From: Squalus acanthias
Lineage: Eukaryota
Reading direction: 5' to 3'
NCBI GenBank assembly: GCA_030390025.1
Contig: CM059431.1
Coordinates: forward strand, 119,104,001-119,168,000
DNA length: 64,000 bases
A program made the translations under genes and the position numbers. Of the stretch, positions 1 through 12,103 are shown in pieces; the stretch's first letter is position 1; every line of letters starts with the position of its first letter. The notes under the pieces were generated by a model. The model did no database searches. It was given only the letters and a program-made list of their open reading frames with translations, and had not been told where the DNA came from.

Positions 1-140
1 AAGCATACTCAGGAAACTTGGCATCCAGGACTGCTGTGGCGGACCTTCAGCCAGACAGTCATTTAAAAAAGACAACTGAATTTAACAGATACATGTCTTG
101 AGGCCATTTCTGAACTATTTATTTTTCTGGCTGACACTTG

Positions 141-888
141 GGGCTGGATTTTGATACTGGGGCGGGTTGGGGTCGTGTCATCCGCATTTCGTGTTATCCA
201 CCCGACTGCAATTGGATGTGGGAGATTGATGCAATTTTCACCTAATTGGGCAATTGAGTTCCAGCATGTGGGAACCCATGAACCAATTAGTGGTTTCAGT
301 CTGAAAGTCGCCTCTGATGATGTCATCGTTGCTGCTGCATTGCAGGTCAGAAACGGCCTGGCCTTTGCTCTGAGAGGACCTGGATGCAAAATGAGCCCTG
401 AGAGAGAGAGAGAGAGAGATTCATTGATTTTTTTTGCATCCAGGTCCTCTCACAGCAAAGGCCAGGCAGTCTCTGAAGACCTTCAATGCAGCAGCATCAG
501 AGGCGACTTTCAGACCAAATACTAGTACTACCTTCATCACATCTCCGTTGTAATAGTGGACCTGCAGCTGATACTCAGCTATCCAAATGTGCTCCCGCCA
601 GGTTTCACAATCGTGGTTCAGAACAGGCGTGCTTCACATAGATCAAGGGTTAAAATCACAAAGGCCTTTCAAAATTGCATTATAGAGCCAATTTAGTGCT
701 TGTTAAGGGCCTTAACAGCCTATCCCGCCTCTTAAAGGCGGGACAGAGTCGGGACCAGCAGACACGATTTAATGAAAATTGCGTAGAGGCGGGATGGAGG
801 CGGACTTGTGCCCGCCCGCCAGTTTTCGCAATTTTAACCCCCCACACGCCTCCAAACCCACCTCCACGGGTAAATGAAAATCCAGCCC
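141..888. mobile_element. Non-autonomous PIF/Harbinger-type element (MITE)
   Basis: TIRs GGGCTGGATTTT...AAAATCCAGCCC; 3-bp TSD TTG (138-140 / 889-891); sister copy at 43727-44567. Confidence 0.85.
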
Positions 889-1005
889 TTGGACTTTTAT
901 GAGTCTTTGTGCCAGTTCTCCTTATTTAGTATTTTTTTGTCCTGCGCCATTTCTTGGCACTAATGGTTTGCAAAAGGGGAATCCTTCGAGTTGATGTGTT
1001 CATGG

Positions 1006-1263
1006 GCTTGATTGGCAGCCCATCCTCCACCTTAAACATTCACTCCCTCCACCACCAGCACACCATGGCCGCAGTGTGTACCATCTACAAGATGCACTGC
1101 AGAAACTCACCAAGGCTTCTTCGACAGCACCTCCCAAACCCACGACCTCTAACACCTAGAAGGACAAGTGCAGCAGGTGAATGAGAACACCACCACCTCT
1201 AAGTTCCCCTCCAAGTCACACACTATCCTGATTTGAAAATATATCGCCGTTCCTTTATCATCG
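1006..1263 (+). mobile_element. 3' fragment of an L2/Crack-like LINE
   Basis: Encodes LIGSPSSTLNIHSLHHQHTMAAVCTIYKMHC; same family as 26029-26661 (-) and 39735-40000 (+). Confidence 0.7.
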
Positions 1264-1264
1264 C

Positions 1265-1716
1265 CCCACTGACGCCCAAGGCCACCCGATGTAATTTTCA
1301 GGCGGGCCTGGAAATAGGCGAGCAGCCCACCCTCCTGAAACCTGCGTAAGACTGCTTAAATATGCTGATCTACATCCCGATTGCAATTTTCATGTTCAAA
1401 TAGGCAGAGTGTGTACCGTGCACACACTAACCAGTTGTACCAGGTGTCGAGCAGCCTAACCAGCCGCCCTTAATGGAAATGGTGACGGCCACTCAGAAAA
1501 CGGCTCAGGCCAGCTTTACTTTTTATTTTTGTGGGGCCAGGAGTAGCCTGCTTCTTCGAGTCCCCTCTGGGATCGCCTCGCCCCTTCCCCAAGACCTAAG
1601 CTGCTGGCCAGCTCAGCGTGGGAGCCGACTGATTTCGTGTCCACCCACCACCGTGAGCTGTAGCACGGCACCCATTTTGGTGCCCACAGTTTGCCAGTGG
1701 TATATAAATGAGGCCC
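1265..1716. mobile_element. Degenerate Harbinger-type MITE remnant
   Basis: Ends in TIR-like AAATGAGGCCC; interior resembles 41950-42130; no TSD seen. Confidence 0.4.
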
Positions 1717-1925
1717 AAATATGAACACGGTTCATGTTGCCGGATGGTGGATATGGACAGGTGGAACGTCTGCAGTTGAATACCCACCCAGCATTGTCAG
1801 ATTGTCCACACCTACAAAGAAGTCATCTACTATTTCAACAAGCTCTAACGCATCTATCATTAATTCATAATTCTATAGCTTTTGCATTTCAATGTGTAGG
1901 AATTATTTATGACTTTCACATTGGG

Positions 1926-3637
1926 TGTTAGAGTAAGGTTCGTGGACTTGAATCCATCTTAATAGAAACACACGGATACACTGGGCTGGATTTTACCAGC
2001 CCTGAGGAGGCGGGTCTGAAGGCGGGACTGCTGGGAAAATCAAAAAAAAGGGAGTGGGTCCCGAACCCGCTCCTAACCCGCCTCCAAGCAATCTTCCAGG
2101 GAGTCGGGTCCCTGATTTGTGCAGGGACCCAACTCCTAGTGGCGGGAAGAGGATTATAGCCACTTAACTGCCTGTTAATAGGTAGTTAACAGGCAGTTAA
2201 GAGGCTTTTTCCCATTTTGAGACTTCTGCTGCGGGCTTCCTGACGTCGGGGAACCCCGCCAGGGTAAATGCTGTGGGTCTGTTGTTATGTTTGTGTGTAG
2301 ATGACAGCTGCAGAAGTGGTGCAAGGATGCAATGGGACACTGGTGTGTATCAGAGGTAAGGAAATGTTGGGAAAGTCATTTTTAATGTGTTTAGATTTTT
2401 CTGTAGGTGACAAGCTTTGAAGTGTTTGTGTGGCCTCACCTCATTGGGAGAAGTGACAGATTGCTTCTGTACCCTCACCTACAGCTGCCATCTGTTTTAT
2501 CCTAAGGAGAGAGTCATTGGAGAGTCTGGGAGCAAGGGCTCACCTTTGTACAGTGATTGTCAGTGTTTGACAGCACCTCAATGCTGTCAAACACTGTCAA
2601 ATCATCACTTCAATGCTGTCAAACACTGTCAAATCATCTGTCAAAAATAAAAGGTTCATGTCCCTTTAAGAAAGCCGGCAGATGACACGTCATCAACTGA
2701 CGTCATCTGACACTAGCTTTCCCTTAATTGGCTGGCAAGCCCGCAGGGCGGGCTTAACAAGGCCATTCAGGGGGAAATAGCGTCTGTGCATCGGACGTCG
2801 CTGGGGGCGGGACTAGAACCCAGAAGGCAGCAGTCCCGCCCCCAACTCGTCTTGGCAGGTAAAATCCAGCCCACTATCTCTCACAGAGATTATCTTTATT
2901 TAACCACTAATACACAGATTAAATAAGAAACACAACTAGACCTGTCTTGGAGTATTCAAGTGCCCGGTTGGCCAAAGCGACGATCACTGGAACTCTGTTT
3001 AATCTTTAGATATCTTCTTTCCGTTAGACCAGGACCCGTTTGTTCTAGCTGACCGCAGTGCAAAAGGTAGATATTGTATTAGTTCTTATATTCTTTGTGT
3101 CCACATTTCCTTCATGGTTCTCATATGCACATCTCAATGATTGGTTCCTTCAGGCATGCCTATACCCCTTGTTGTTCATGGTTGGTTCAATGTTTCGTGG
3201 GGTTACTTCACCATGCGTGTCACTTGTTGCAGTTGAATGGTGTCTTATCTCAAGACAGTACTACTCCATTCTGCTGATCCCATAGCAACCCAAAATTTGT
3301 CCTTGCTGCCTTTGTCTGACAGATATTGTCTGTTAATGTTCTTTTATATTCCTGTTTCTCAGCTTGCAGTTAGTGTGGTTTAGCCATCATTAAAGTTCTT
3401 CTTGTTGTTAGGGATGTTTAAACAGATTTTCCTTTCAAACGGATCCTCAATATTTTAGAATACAGGGCATTTAGTTCAAAGGCTTAATTCCTTTGTTGCT
3501 TTACATTCTTTCCAGTCAAATTTGGCCAGATGATGTATCTAGTTACCATGCTTTTGTAACTCACCAGAAATTTTACCATCCTTGCTTGCTCTGCTATTTC
3601 CATTGTATTTTAAGACCCATCGGAACTTCTTCTGACA
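1926..3637 (-). mobile_element. Possible old solo LTR interrupted by the MITE at 1983-2872
   Basis: TGTTAG...CTGACA termini and a minus-strand AATAAA near 2896; no matching TSD. Confidence 0.25.
1983..2872. mobile_element. Non-autonomous Harbinger-type element
   Basis: TIRs GGGCTGGATTTTACC...GGTAAAATCCAGCCC; TSD ACT (1980-1982 / 2873-2875); related in reverse orientation to 19754-20549. Confidence 0.85.
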
Positions 3638-3959
3638 ATGTATCCATTCTCTAGTAGCGCAGATTTTCTAGCCACCAAGATCAGTCCTGATGCTGTGGAA
3701 CATGCATACGATGCGCTGACAAATCAGCTGGGGATTCCCTTTCACTGAATCTCTACCAAATTAGCACAACAATGTTCCAGCTGGGATTTTAGGATGGATG
3801 TGAGGCAGATTCACTTTGACAAGAGGTGGACTCCCCATACTCCCCCTTACACATGCAGCCACATGTACAGTTCAAAAGCAATGTTTGAGGACATAGGCAC
3901 AACATCGCCAGGGAAGCGGAGACTTGAGTTGTACCATCTGCTAGAATCTGATCTGTAGT

Positions 3960-4140
3960 CAATACTGGCAGCATGGACAGCTTCACTAGTAGCTGCAAAG
4001 GCAACCACACACTGAATCTTAATCCCACCAACTCTTTCCAAACAGCCTCAGGAGACATGTACAGCATCAGTCAATCCACAGTGCGCAACTGCATCAAGCA
4101 GCTGACTGTTGCATTCTTTCAGCAGAACAAACACTTGCAA
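3960..4140 (+). pseudogene. Old Harbinger (HARBI1-like) transposase fragment
   Basis: LNLNPTNSFQTASGDMYSISQSTVRNCIKQLT aligns to ALNFFTSGSFQSATGDIANISQFAVHRCIRVVT of the transposase at 33927-35110. Confidence 0.6.
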
Positions 4141-4905
4141 CATTTTCCCCAAGAAAAACCAGCAACCAGTAATGCGATGGCTGAGGACTGGAAGTGGGAA
4201 CTTCCTGTCGCTATTAGTGTGTAAACTGGGAGCATCTGTCAAGAAAAGGTGGAGAATCTACCGGGAAGTAACTTTCAGCCAGGATCAGGGAATCCTGAAG
4301 TGCCTGTCAAGTGAAGTTTTTGGTAACTGGAGCAGCATCAGAGGACTCCTTCATCACCACTCGGGAATCTTGTTTAAAATGACAAAACTAGGGAAATGTT
4401 GCAAGGTTGACTTGCAGCCAAACTGAGACACAAATATTTTTTTTAAAATCAAATCAGCTCTGTTGACATCTCAGTGGAATCCATTGTAAGCATTGTTCAC
4501 ATGAACACCATCTTGAATATAATTATGCTGCTACAGTTTCATGTGTCTCGTGTGGTAAACTAATTGTTGCAAATTGTTTTTATGTAGGAGTGTATAATCC
4601 CTCTTCATTTTATAGTGAGATATTCTGCACCCACTGAAAGGTCCCAGTTGAAATACAAAACAAGTACCTTTGGTTCCAATTTATCAGTTAATTGTTCTGT
4701 CTTTGTATTGTACTGTTCTTTCTGTTCCGCCCGCAATTATTTCTTTTTGGAAATGAGTACAGTTTGAATCTGCATATCTCAGTCTTGTAAAAAATATAAT
4801 AAATGTGCTGCCATTTGTTATTCATTTTCTTTCAATTGTGACAAAAGTGAGGATTTTTTTGTCTAGGTTTCAGTTTGGTGGCTGCTCTATTAAACACATT
4901 TATAA

Positions 4906-5368
4906 TCAGCTGTGGCTCAGTTGGTAGCACTCTTGCTTCTGGGTTAGAAGGTTGTGGGTTCCAGTCCCACTCCAGGGACTTAAACACAAAAATCTAGGCT
5001 GAAACTCCCATGCAATACTGAGGAAGTGCTGCGCTGTTGGAGATGTTGTCTTTTGGATGAGACGTTAAGCCAAAGCCCTGTCTGCCCTCTCAGGTGAATG
5101 TAAAAGATCCGATGGCACTATTTCAAAGAAGAGCAGGGGAGTTATCCCCAGTGTCCTGGCCAATATTTATCCCTCAATAAACATCGTAAAAACAGATTAT
5201 CTTGACATTATCACATTGCTGTTTGTGGGAGCTTTCTGTGTGCAAATGGGCTGCTGCGTTTCTTACATTACAGCAGTGACTACACTTCAAAAGTACTGCA
5301 TTGGCTGTAAAGCACTTTGGGACGTCCTGAGGTCATGAAAGGCGTTATATAAATGCAAGTCTTTCTTT
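4906..5368 (+). mobile_element. Full-length tRNA-derived SINE (DeuSINE / SacSINE1-like)
   Basis: Pol III A box TGGCTCAGTTGG (4913-4924) and B box GGTTCCAGTCCC (4957-4968); Deu-like core; L2-like tail TATATAAATGCAAGTCTTTCTTT; possible TSD ACATTTAT (4896-4903 / 5371-5378). Confidence 0.85.
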
Positions 5369-6227
5369 GTACATTTATTGGCATAAAATTCTAATACATT
5401 TTATTTTTAGTTTTGTACATACGTTCCTCATGCTCGATTTAGATGCTTGAGACAGTCTTGCCTCTGCATTTAATCACAGAAAAATATGAAATATATTCCT
5501 CCGCTATCAGTGCAGAAATGAACTACAGCATCTTAAAAGCATTAGTTACAAAGTCCTTAGTCATTTCTCAAATTTATCACACTAACACCTTTCCACATTT
5601 TTTTCCATTTTATCTAGCACAAAGCAATAACATATTCAAGTTTTAAATTCCTATGTTAAATTATTCATTAAAAATCAAGTTAAACAAACCAAAATAGTAA
5701 AGGCTTCCAAATTACTCTGTGGGATAGTGATGTTAACATCTGAATGAAATTCCTTTCTCTACTCTTTTAATGGAGGCATTAATCTGATCATTATAAATTT
5801 CAAGGACATTTAGAATTCTTTGGAAATTAAGATAGAATTTCTACCCTGTGTGCAGAGGTGGTAGGAACAGTACAATGCAAGCTTTACACCCACCCAATCT
5901 GAGCACGGCCAATTGCGTGGTAATCTCCAGCTTCTACTAACTTTAATATTCAGTGCAAGCTCCCTGCCTGAAAAACACACGGTGCTGCAAGAAGTGATAG
6001 AATAGGTTCGAGAAGATGCACACGTATACTGTTTCCTTGTGGAGTAAATAACAGTAAAAGCACATACAGATCTCACTTACAGGGGGAGAAGGGGAATTGA
6101 GGTATTGCACAGGACAGTGTTGGGGATGGTGTATCAGACTATTGTATACTGCACATGGGTGACTGAAGCAACTAGGCAAATGTCTCCTTCACGAGAGACT
6201 GACATAATGCTCTTGGTGAGCGATGAT

Positions 6228-6320
6228 GTTGATGATCAGCCATGATTGTATTGAATGGCGGAGCAGGCTCGAGGGGCCGTATGGCCTACTCCTGCTCTTA
6301 CTTATGTTCTTATGTTCTTG
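6228..6320 (+). mobile_element. CR1 (HER1-like) 3' tail only
   Basis: GATCAGCCATGATTGTATTGAATGGCGGAGCAGGCTCGAGGGGCC...(CTTATGTT)n, shared with the longer CR1 copies. Confidence 0.75.
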
Positions 6321-6399
6321 CTGGCTGCAAAGGTGTTTCAGCAATAACATTCTTTGGATCGTTATTGGTCTCCTGATCCAACCTTGCCTGTGAATGGGC

Positions 6400-7600
6400 C
6401 TCTTCCTTTACCTCTTAATGGTTAGGTTTGTTTGGTTGGCAAAGCTCAGGAACATACAGCAGCCAGTGGAGACCCTGGGGAACCTGGTGGGGATGTACTG
6501 CAAGTCTCCCCCTGATCTGTCCAGGCATCTGAAGCAGTGCTTCAGGATGTCAATAGTTTGTTTGATTATCAACCTGGCAAATACATGGTTTTATTGTATC
6601 CATAACTCTCACAAAGGAACTACAGAGGGTTGGCTTAGTCTTCTAGCAAAGATCCTTTAATTCTGCCTTCGCCTTCAAATAACACAGCCATAGATTGCCT
6701 TAAAATAAAATAATCATGAATTCAGCCTGGCAAGTAAGCATTGACCTGCATGATTCTGTGTTGTTGGTCACTGACCACTGCACATTTATGGAATGGAGCC
6801 CCTTATGAACACACTGGCATTATTTGTAGAGGCCAGTTGGCTCCATGGGATCCATCAAAGTTTGAGCAGGCTGGGCCTATACTCATTGGAATTTAGAAGA
6901 ATGAGAGGTGATCTTATTGAAACATATAAGATACTGAGGGGGCACGACAAGGTAGATGCAGAGAGGATGTTTCCCCTCGTGGGGAAATCTAGAACGCGGG
7001 GGCACAGTTTTAGAATAAAGGGTCGCCCTTTTAGAACTGAGATGAGGAGGAATTTCTTCTCTCAGAGGGTCGTAAATCTGTGGCATTCTCTGCCCCAGAG
7101 AGCTGTGGAGGCTGGGTCACTAAATACATTTAAGGTGGAGATAGACAAATTTTTGCAAGATAAGGGAGTGAAGGGTTATGGGGAGCGGGTAGGGAAGTGG
7201 CTTTGAGCCCAAGATCAGCCATGATCTTATTGAATGATGGAGCAGGCTCGAAGGGCCAAGTGACCTATTCCTGCTCCTATTTCTTATGTTCTTATGTTCT
7301 TATCAATAACCCCTTGGGCTTTGGGGAATTTCAATGTCTTTTCATTATGTTATTACTTTTCAATTGGGAAAATGATGAAAAAATTGCCTTTGTAAACAAA
7401 GCAGTGCATGCTTGATGTGTACATATATATATATGCATTGACTTAAATTGCAGATGTCACCTGTAGTCGCCCAGAAGGAATCAGAGGCACAAAAGGTTAG
7501 GGAGTGGTGACCCTGCAGTGGTGTTCCTGGGGTGGAAGGTTGCCTTCAGGTCAGATTGCAGCAGTTGGCACAATTCCTTCACCGACAGCCTGGTGAACCT
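6400..7600 (-). pseudogene. Degenerate Harbinger transposase, split by a CR1 insertion
   Basis: Minus-strand motifs in order: SFWATTGDICNLSQ, FPKAQGVID|GSH, KGLHSINVQ, ILKHCFRCLDRSGGDLQY; frameshifts and stops. Confidence 0.7.
6859..7301 (+). mobile_element. CR1 LINE 3' fragment
   Basis: LSRLGLYSLEFRRMRGDLIETYKIL...RRNFFSQRVVNLW ORF2 C-terminus plus 3' tail; TSD ATCAA (6854-6858 / 7302-7306). Confidence 0.9.
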
Positions 7601-7613
7601 CTGCCTATAAAGT

Positions 7614-7684
7614 CAACAACAACAATAACTTGTATTTATATAGTGCCTTTTACATAGTAAAACATCCCAAGGTGCTTCACAGGA
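7614..7684 (-). mobile_element. L2 3' tail fragment
   Basis: (CAA)n-TAACTTGTATTTATATAGTGCCTTT is the reverse of the L2 tail at 28372-28432. Confidence 0.6.
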
Positions 7685-8224
7685 GTCAGTTCTCTTCAGA
7701 CATTTCCAAGTAGCTATGCCTGAGTATGTAAATACAGCTATGTCGCTAATGGCAGGCTTGAGCAGTCTTCCTCTTTCACCCTCTTATTTCACATCCAAAA
7801 ATCTCAAGCTGAGAGACGTACTTAGTACGATACTCATTTCATCAAAGTTTGTTGCAGCAACTAAAAATACTTTTTACATGAGGCTGGCGAACTGCAGACA
7901 CCCGCTGAGAGTGATCGGGAGAGGGGTGCCAATTAGGAGGGAGGGGGGAAGTGATTGAGAGAAATCAGGTAATCGGGAGAGGAGGTGATTGGAAGGGTGC
8001 CAAGCGGGGGCAGACAAAGGTCTTCAGCACTACAGTAGACCCAGGTGGAGCAGACCTGCTCCTCCCACCTTCACATTAAGGTAAGTATTTTTTTTTTATG
8101 TACTTTTTTAGTGGAGGCCTCTAGCGGACCCTTTATGGTCTGCTGGTTAGGCCGCATGTCGGCCGCGTTTTCCTGAACGCAACCAGCCCCAAGCTAGGCC
8201 AATTTGTAGGCCAATATGTCGATT

Positions 8225-10700
8225 CCTACACCACAGGATTTATACACCAAAAAGGTCTTATTTAGAATTCTCTGCCTATCAGTGCCTCAGAAGGCTGTGC
8301 TGCCCCCCATAAGATGCTGGAGAGTTATGAATGTTCAGAAGCTGTTGAATGAAAACCTAGAGGCCACTTCAACGAAGAGTATAGAATTATCTGTAACAGT
8401 TACCTTGATTTTTTTTTCCACTGAATCTTTCCAGACAGCCTCAGTCGACCTTTGTTGAATTAGTCAGGAAACATCTTACCACTATATGAAAAAGTTCACT
8501 AATTTTCTTCTCAAACAGGCCTCGCAATTCAATTGAATCTTCAAAACAAAGAAGGAGAGCAGTCCAACTTTATAGACGGGCAGGATTCCTACAGGTGCAG
8601 GGAATAATTGACAGAACATATTGTGGCTTTGAAAGTCCGACATAACCTACCCTGTAATTTCATTAATTGGAAAGGATTTAATTCCAGTAACATTCAGCTG
8701 GTGTATGATGCCATTCACTTTATCCGGAATGTTAATACTCACTACCCAGGTAGCTGTCATTATGCTTTTGTCATGTGATAATCCACCATACCAGTCATTG
8801 GGCTAGAAATTCATTATAGCCCAGTAATGGGTGGTATCATAAGAAAAGAAAATTAGAGCCAGGCGCTAATGCTTTAGACTACATGCAAAATTCATTCTCA
8901 CTGCTCAAAGAAATGATTGGAGCGCTAATTCAAGTCTTAAAGGCCTAGCTGATTGACGTTACACTTAAAGGGTGGACCAATATCGGGTGCAGTCTAATCG
9001 CTACTCATCATTGCCACAGGCTTTTCCCCAGTACTTAAAGGGGAGGTTCATTGATACTACAGCACCTCATTCTCAGCATTGCTGGCTGTGCAGCTGCCTC
9101 AGCAAGAAGAAGCACAACAAGCAGAAGGAGCCAGAGGACTGAAGCAGGTGTGCTCATGGCAGATCCACCTCAGTTGGGTGGTCAGGGTGATTGAATGCTT
9201 CAACAAATGCTACATACCACCATCTGTACCACAAGCTTCACACACTACCCAAAGCACCAGACCCCTAGCACTCACCCACCAACAATCTCTACCTACCAAC
9301 ACTCACACCCACATCTCACACCTTGCACACAATGACAGCTATTCAACTATGGCAGGCACAAGGGTCATTAGTTATTAGAATGAATGTGATATGTATAACA
9401 TGTTTATACATACATTTATGAATGGAGCTTGCAATATTTTGAGGTCTCTCATTTCACCTTTGTGCCCAGGAGGACACTGTGATATGGCATGACACAGGGA
9501 TGGTATTATGGGCATGTGGTGAGCAAAAGGGATCTGGGGTTATGTCATCCTGCTGTGAGGCTGGAGGTCTGTTTGGAGGAGGTGGCAGAGTTCTGTGACC
9601 ACCACCTTGGTGATGCGGAGCATTCTAATACACTGCTCCTCACTTAATTGAAGGTAGGAGAGGTGCTGTCGGAATACCCTCGGAGGTAAGGCCTCCTGAT
9701 AAGAGCCCTGATGTCCCTCCTCATCCCTTTGTGCACATGTTCCTGTATTTCTCGCTGCCTACGCTCCCTCTGCCGTAAATCCTGGAGGGCGAGGTGGCAT
9801 GCCAGTACAACCCCCAATAATGTTGCCAAGCGTAGCAATTTGAATCTTTGAACAATAAATGTCGCTACTTTGTAGTATAACTGTATCTACTTTGTAGTTG
9901 CCAGAAGACTGCTGATACAAAAGAAGCATGAAATTACTCATAGAAATCGTTCCACTGGGTGAAACTGACAAGAAACCACTGGAAAAAAACCTGCCCTGAC
10001 AGCTGGGAGTGATTAATGCTGATACCTTTAAATAACGTCGCTGGAGATGGCGTCGAGGAGTTGCATGCTAGCTCTCCCTGTCGCTGTCTGGTTGAGGCAC
10101 TAAGGTAAGTGGCGACAATCAATTTTCCAGATTAGGCAGCCAGTGAGCATTGCACATTCACTGACGTCACAATCTGCCTGGTGTTGAAGTCCCCGGCGGT
10201 ACCTCGAGGTACCGCCGGCGCAACGGGAGGGCCGGATTTGCCTTGCGGCGCTGGATTCGCCTCGCCCTGGCGCTACTGCATCAGCACCCCATTATCACCA
10301 TCTGCTGGCGTTAATCGGAGGTGCTAAGGCATCACATTTTTCCCCACTTGTCTCAGGATGGTTTAGTGATGATCAGGAATATCCCCTGCAATCAGGACTA
10401 ATACATCTAGTATAGCATTCACAGTCAGAGGGGGATAACAAATATAATGAGATCTATGGGACTATGAGAAGTGTGACAGAGCAGATCATTGGCATTCTGA
10501 AGTCTTGTTTTTGATGCCTGGACAAATCTGATTGTGCCCTGCAGAATAGCCCAGCAAGAGTCTCCAGAATTGTAGTAGTTTGCTGCATGTTGCACAAAGT
10601 TACTATGTAGAAAGGACTGCTACTTCCTGAAGCTGAAGATAATGATGAACAACAAAAGGGAGATGGCCCTCCATCCCCACGGCAGGAGGAAGTTGCACAA
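8225..10700 (+). pseudogene. Old Harbinger transposase relic interrupted by a younger Harbinger derivative
   Basis: PHRIYTPKRSYLEFSAYQCLRRL and NIQLVYD...NTHYPGSCH before 8800; EQIIGILKSCF*CLDKS...RIVVVCCMLH after 10346; multiple stops. Confidence 0.72.
8800..10345 (-). mobile_element. Internally deleted derivative of the Harbinger at 33415-39362
   Basis: Both ends align in reverse to 33415-34200 and to 35150-35820 / 37460-37489 / 39254-39362; termini GGGCTAGAAATT...ATTTTTCCCC; flanks ATT/ACT. Confidence 0.8.
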
Positions 10701-12103
10701 GTGTCAGAGGAGGTGAAGCAAGAAGCCCATCAGCCTGCAACCAGAGAAAGAAAGTACCAGTTTATTATTAATCTTTCTGTAATAAAGAAAGTTTTTCACA
10801 AAAAACAAACCATGGCTGGTTCCCCCTACACACACAACTCTTTGATTAAGACCTGCATTTCCGAAGGCATCTGTACCTTGCCTCAGTAATAGAAATTTCA
10901 CATTTCATCTACTCAATCCACAAAACTGTGTACATCCAGAAAGATGAATAATGAAGATTAAAAAAAGTTTAAAAAATAATTTTCTGCATAATATTTCGTA
11001 AATTATAACAATAATTTCGAAGACTAGCTACTACTACTTATTACCACCATGTCTACTCTTAGTGCTTACATTCTTAATAACTCAGGCTCCTAACCTCTTA
11101 CTTCCATGTGATGCTCTCTGAGTGATAGGAATTTGAGAAGTAGGTGGCAGGGGCATTTTTGTTGGCGCCTTCAAGGAATTAAGTGACTCTCAGCTCAGTG
11201 AAGCTGCTATCCCTGGTGTCCCACTTCTGGTATACTTTCTCTTGATATGCCAATTGGTGCCAGGCCCAGATCTGAAGCTCCCTCATGTACTGGCATAGGA
11301 GGAGGCTTTTAATAATTAGGCCTCTTTGTAGCCTACTGGTGCTGGGAATAGGCTCTGAGGTGCGTTGGTTGATGTGAGGTCAGAATAAACAGTCTCAATT
11401 AAGTCTTGGAAAACATATGAAAGTATGCTGTTAGCGTGATCCTCAAGCCATCTACTGAGGCAGTGGCAGCTGCCACTCTAGAAGCCACCAATGTCCTTAG
11501 TACCTGCTTCTGGCTCCTTGTTGTCACAGATATGTCCTGGACTGCCACACTTTCCAGGGTGTCCTTGTGGAAACCATCTCCCCTGCCTGCACATGAGATC
11601 AATGCTCCTTAATCATTGATCTTTTGACGGTTGCGTCCCTGAGATCTGGGTCCGTCCCTTGACTCATCATCCGAGGATGAATGTTTCTCCACCATCTGTG
11701 AAGGAACAGCTCCCTCCCCTCTTTCAGTTCCAGGACCACATGCTCAGTGGTGCTCGATGTTCACCCTGTGAAAACCCTTCAAACTTGCAAACTATTTCCT
11801 CCTGAGTGGGTGTCTCTGGTTCTGGAGCATGTAGGATGTTGTGGTGGAGTTGGTGAGGATTGGATAGATATTCTACAGCTTAAAATACCCGACTGCTCCT
11901 CTGATCTTCAAACCGTCCCCTGGGATGCTAAAAGTACAAAACCTTCTTTAGCTGTGCAAACGTTCACATGACTTTATGTAGAAAAAGCATCTGAGTAAAT
12001 ATTCTTTTAAATACTTTAAAGAAAGAAAAGATGGGTCAAGTGGAGCTATATAGGCAACAGCAGAACCAATACCAGCACCTGCGGTTCGAAAAAGTTGGAG
12101 CAG

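Noticed and set aside
4906..4980. tRNA gene
   Set aside because: A and B boxes are present, but the sequence continues into a multi-copy SINE body and there is no clean cloverleaf.
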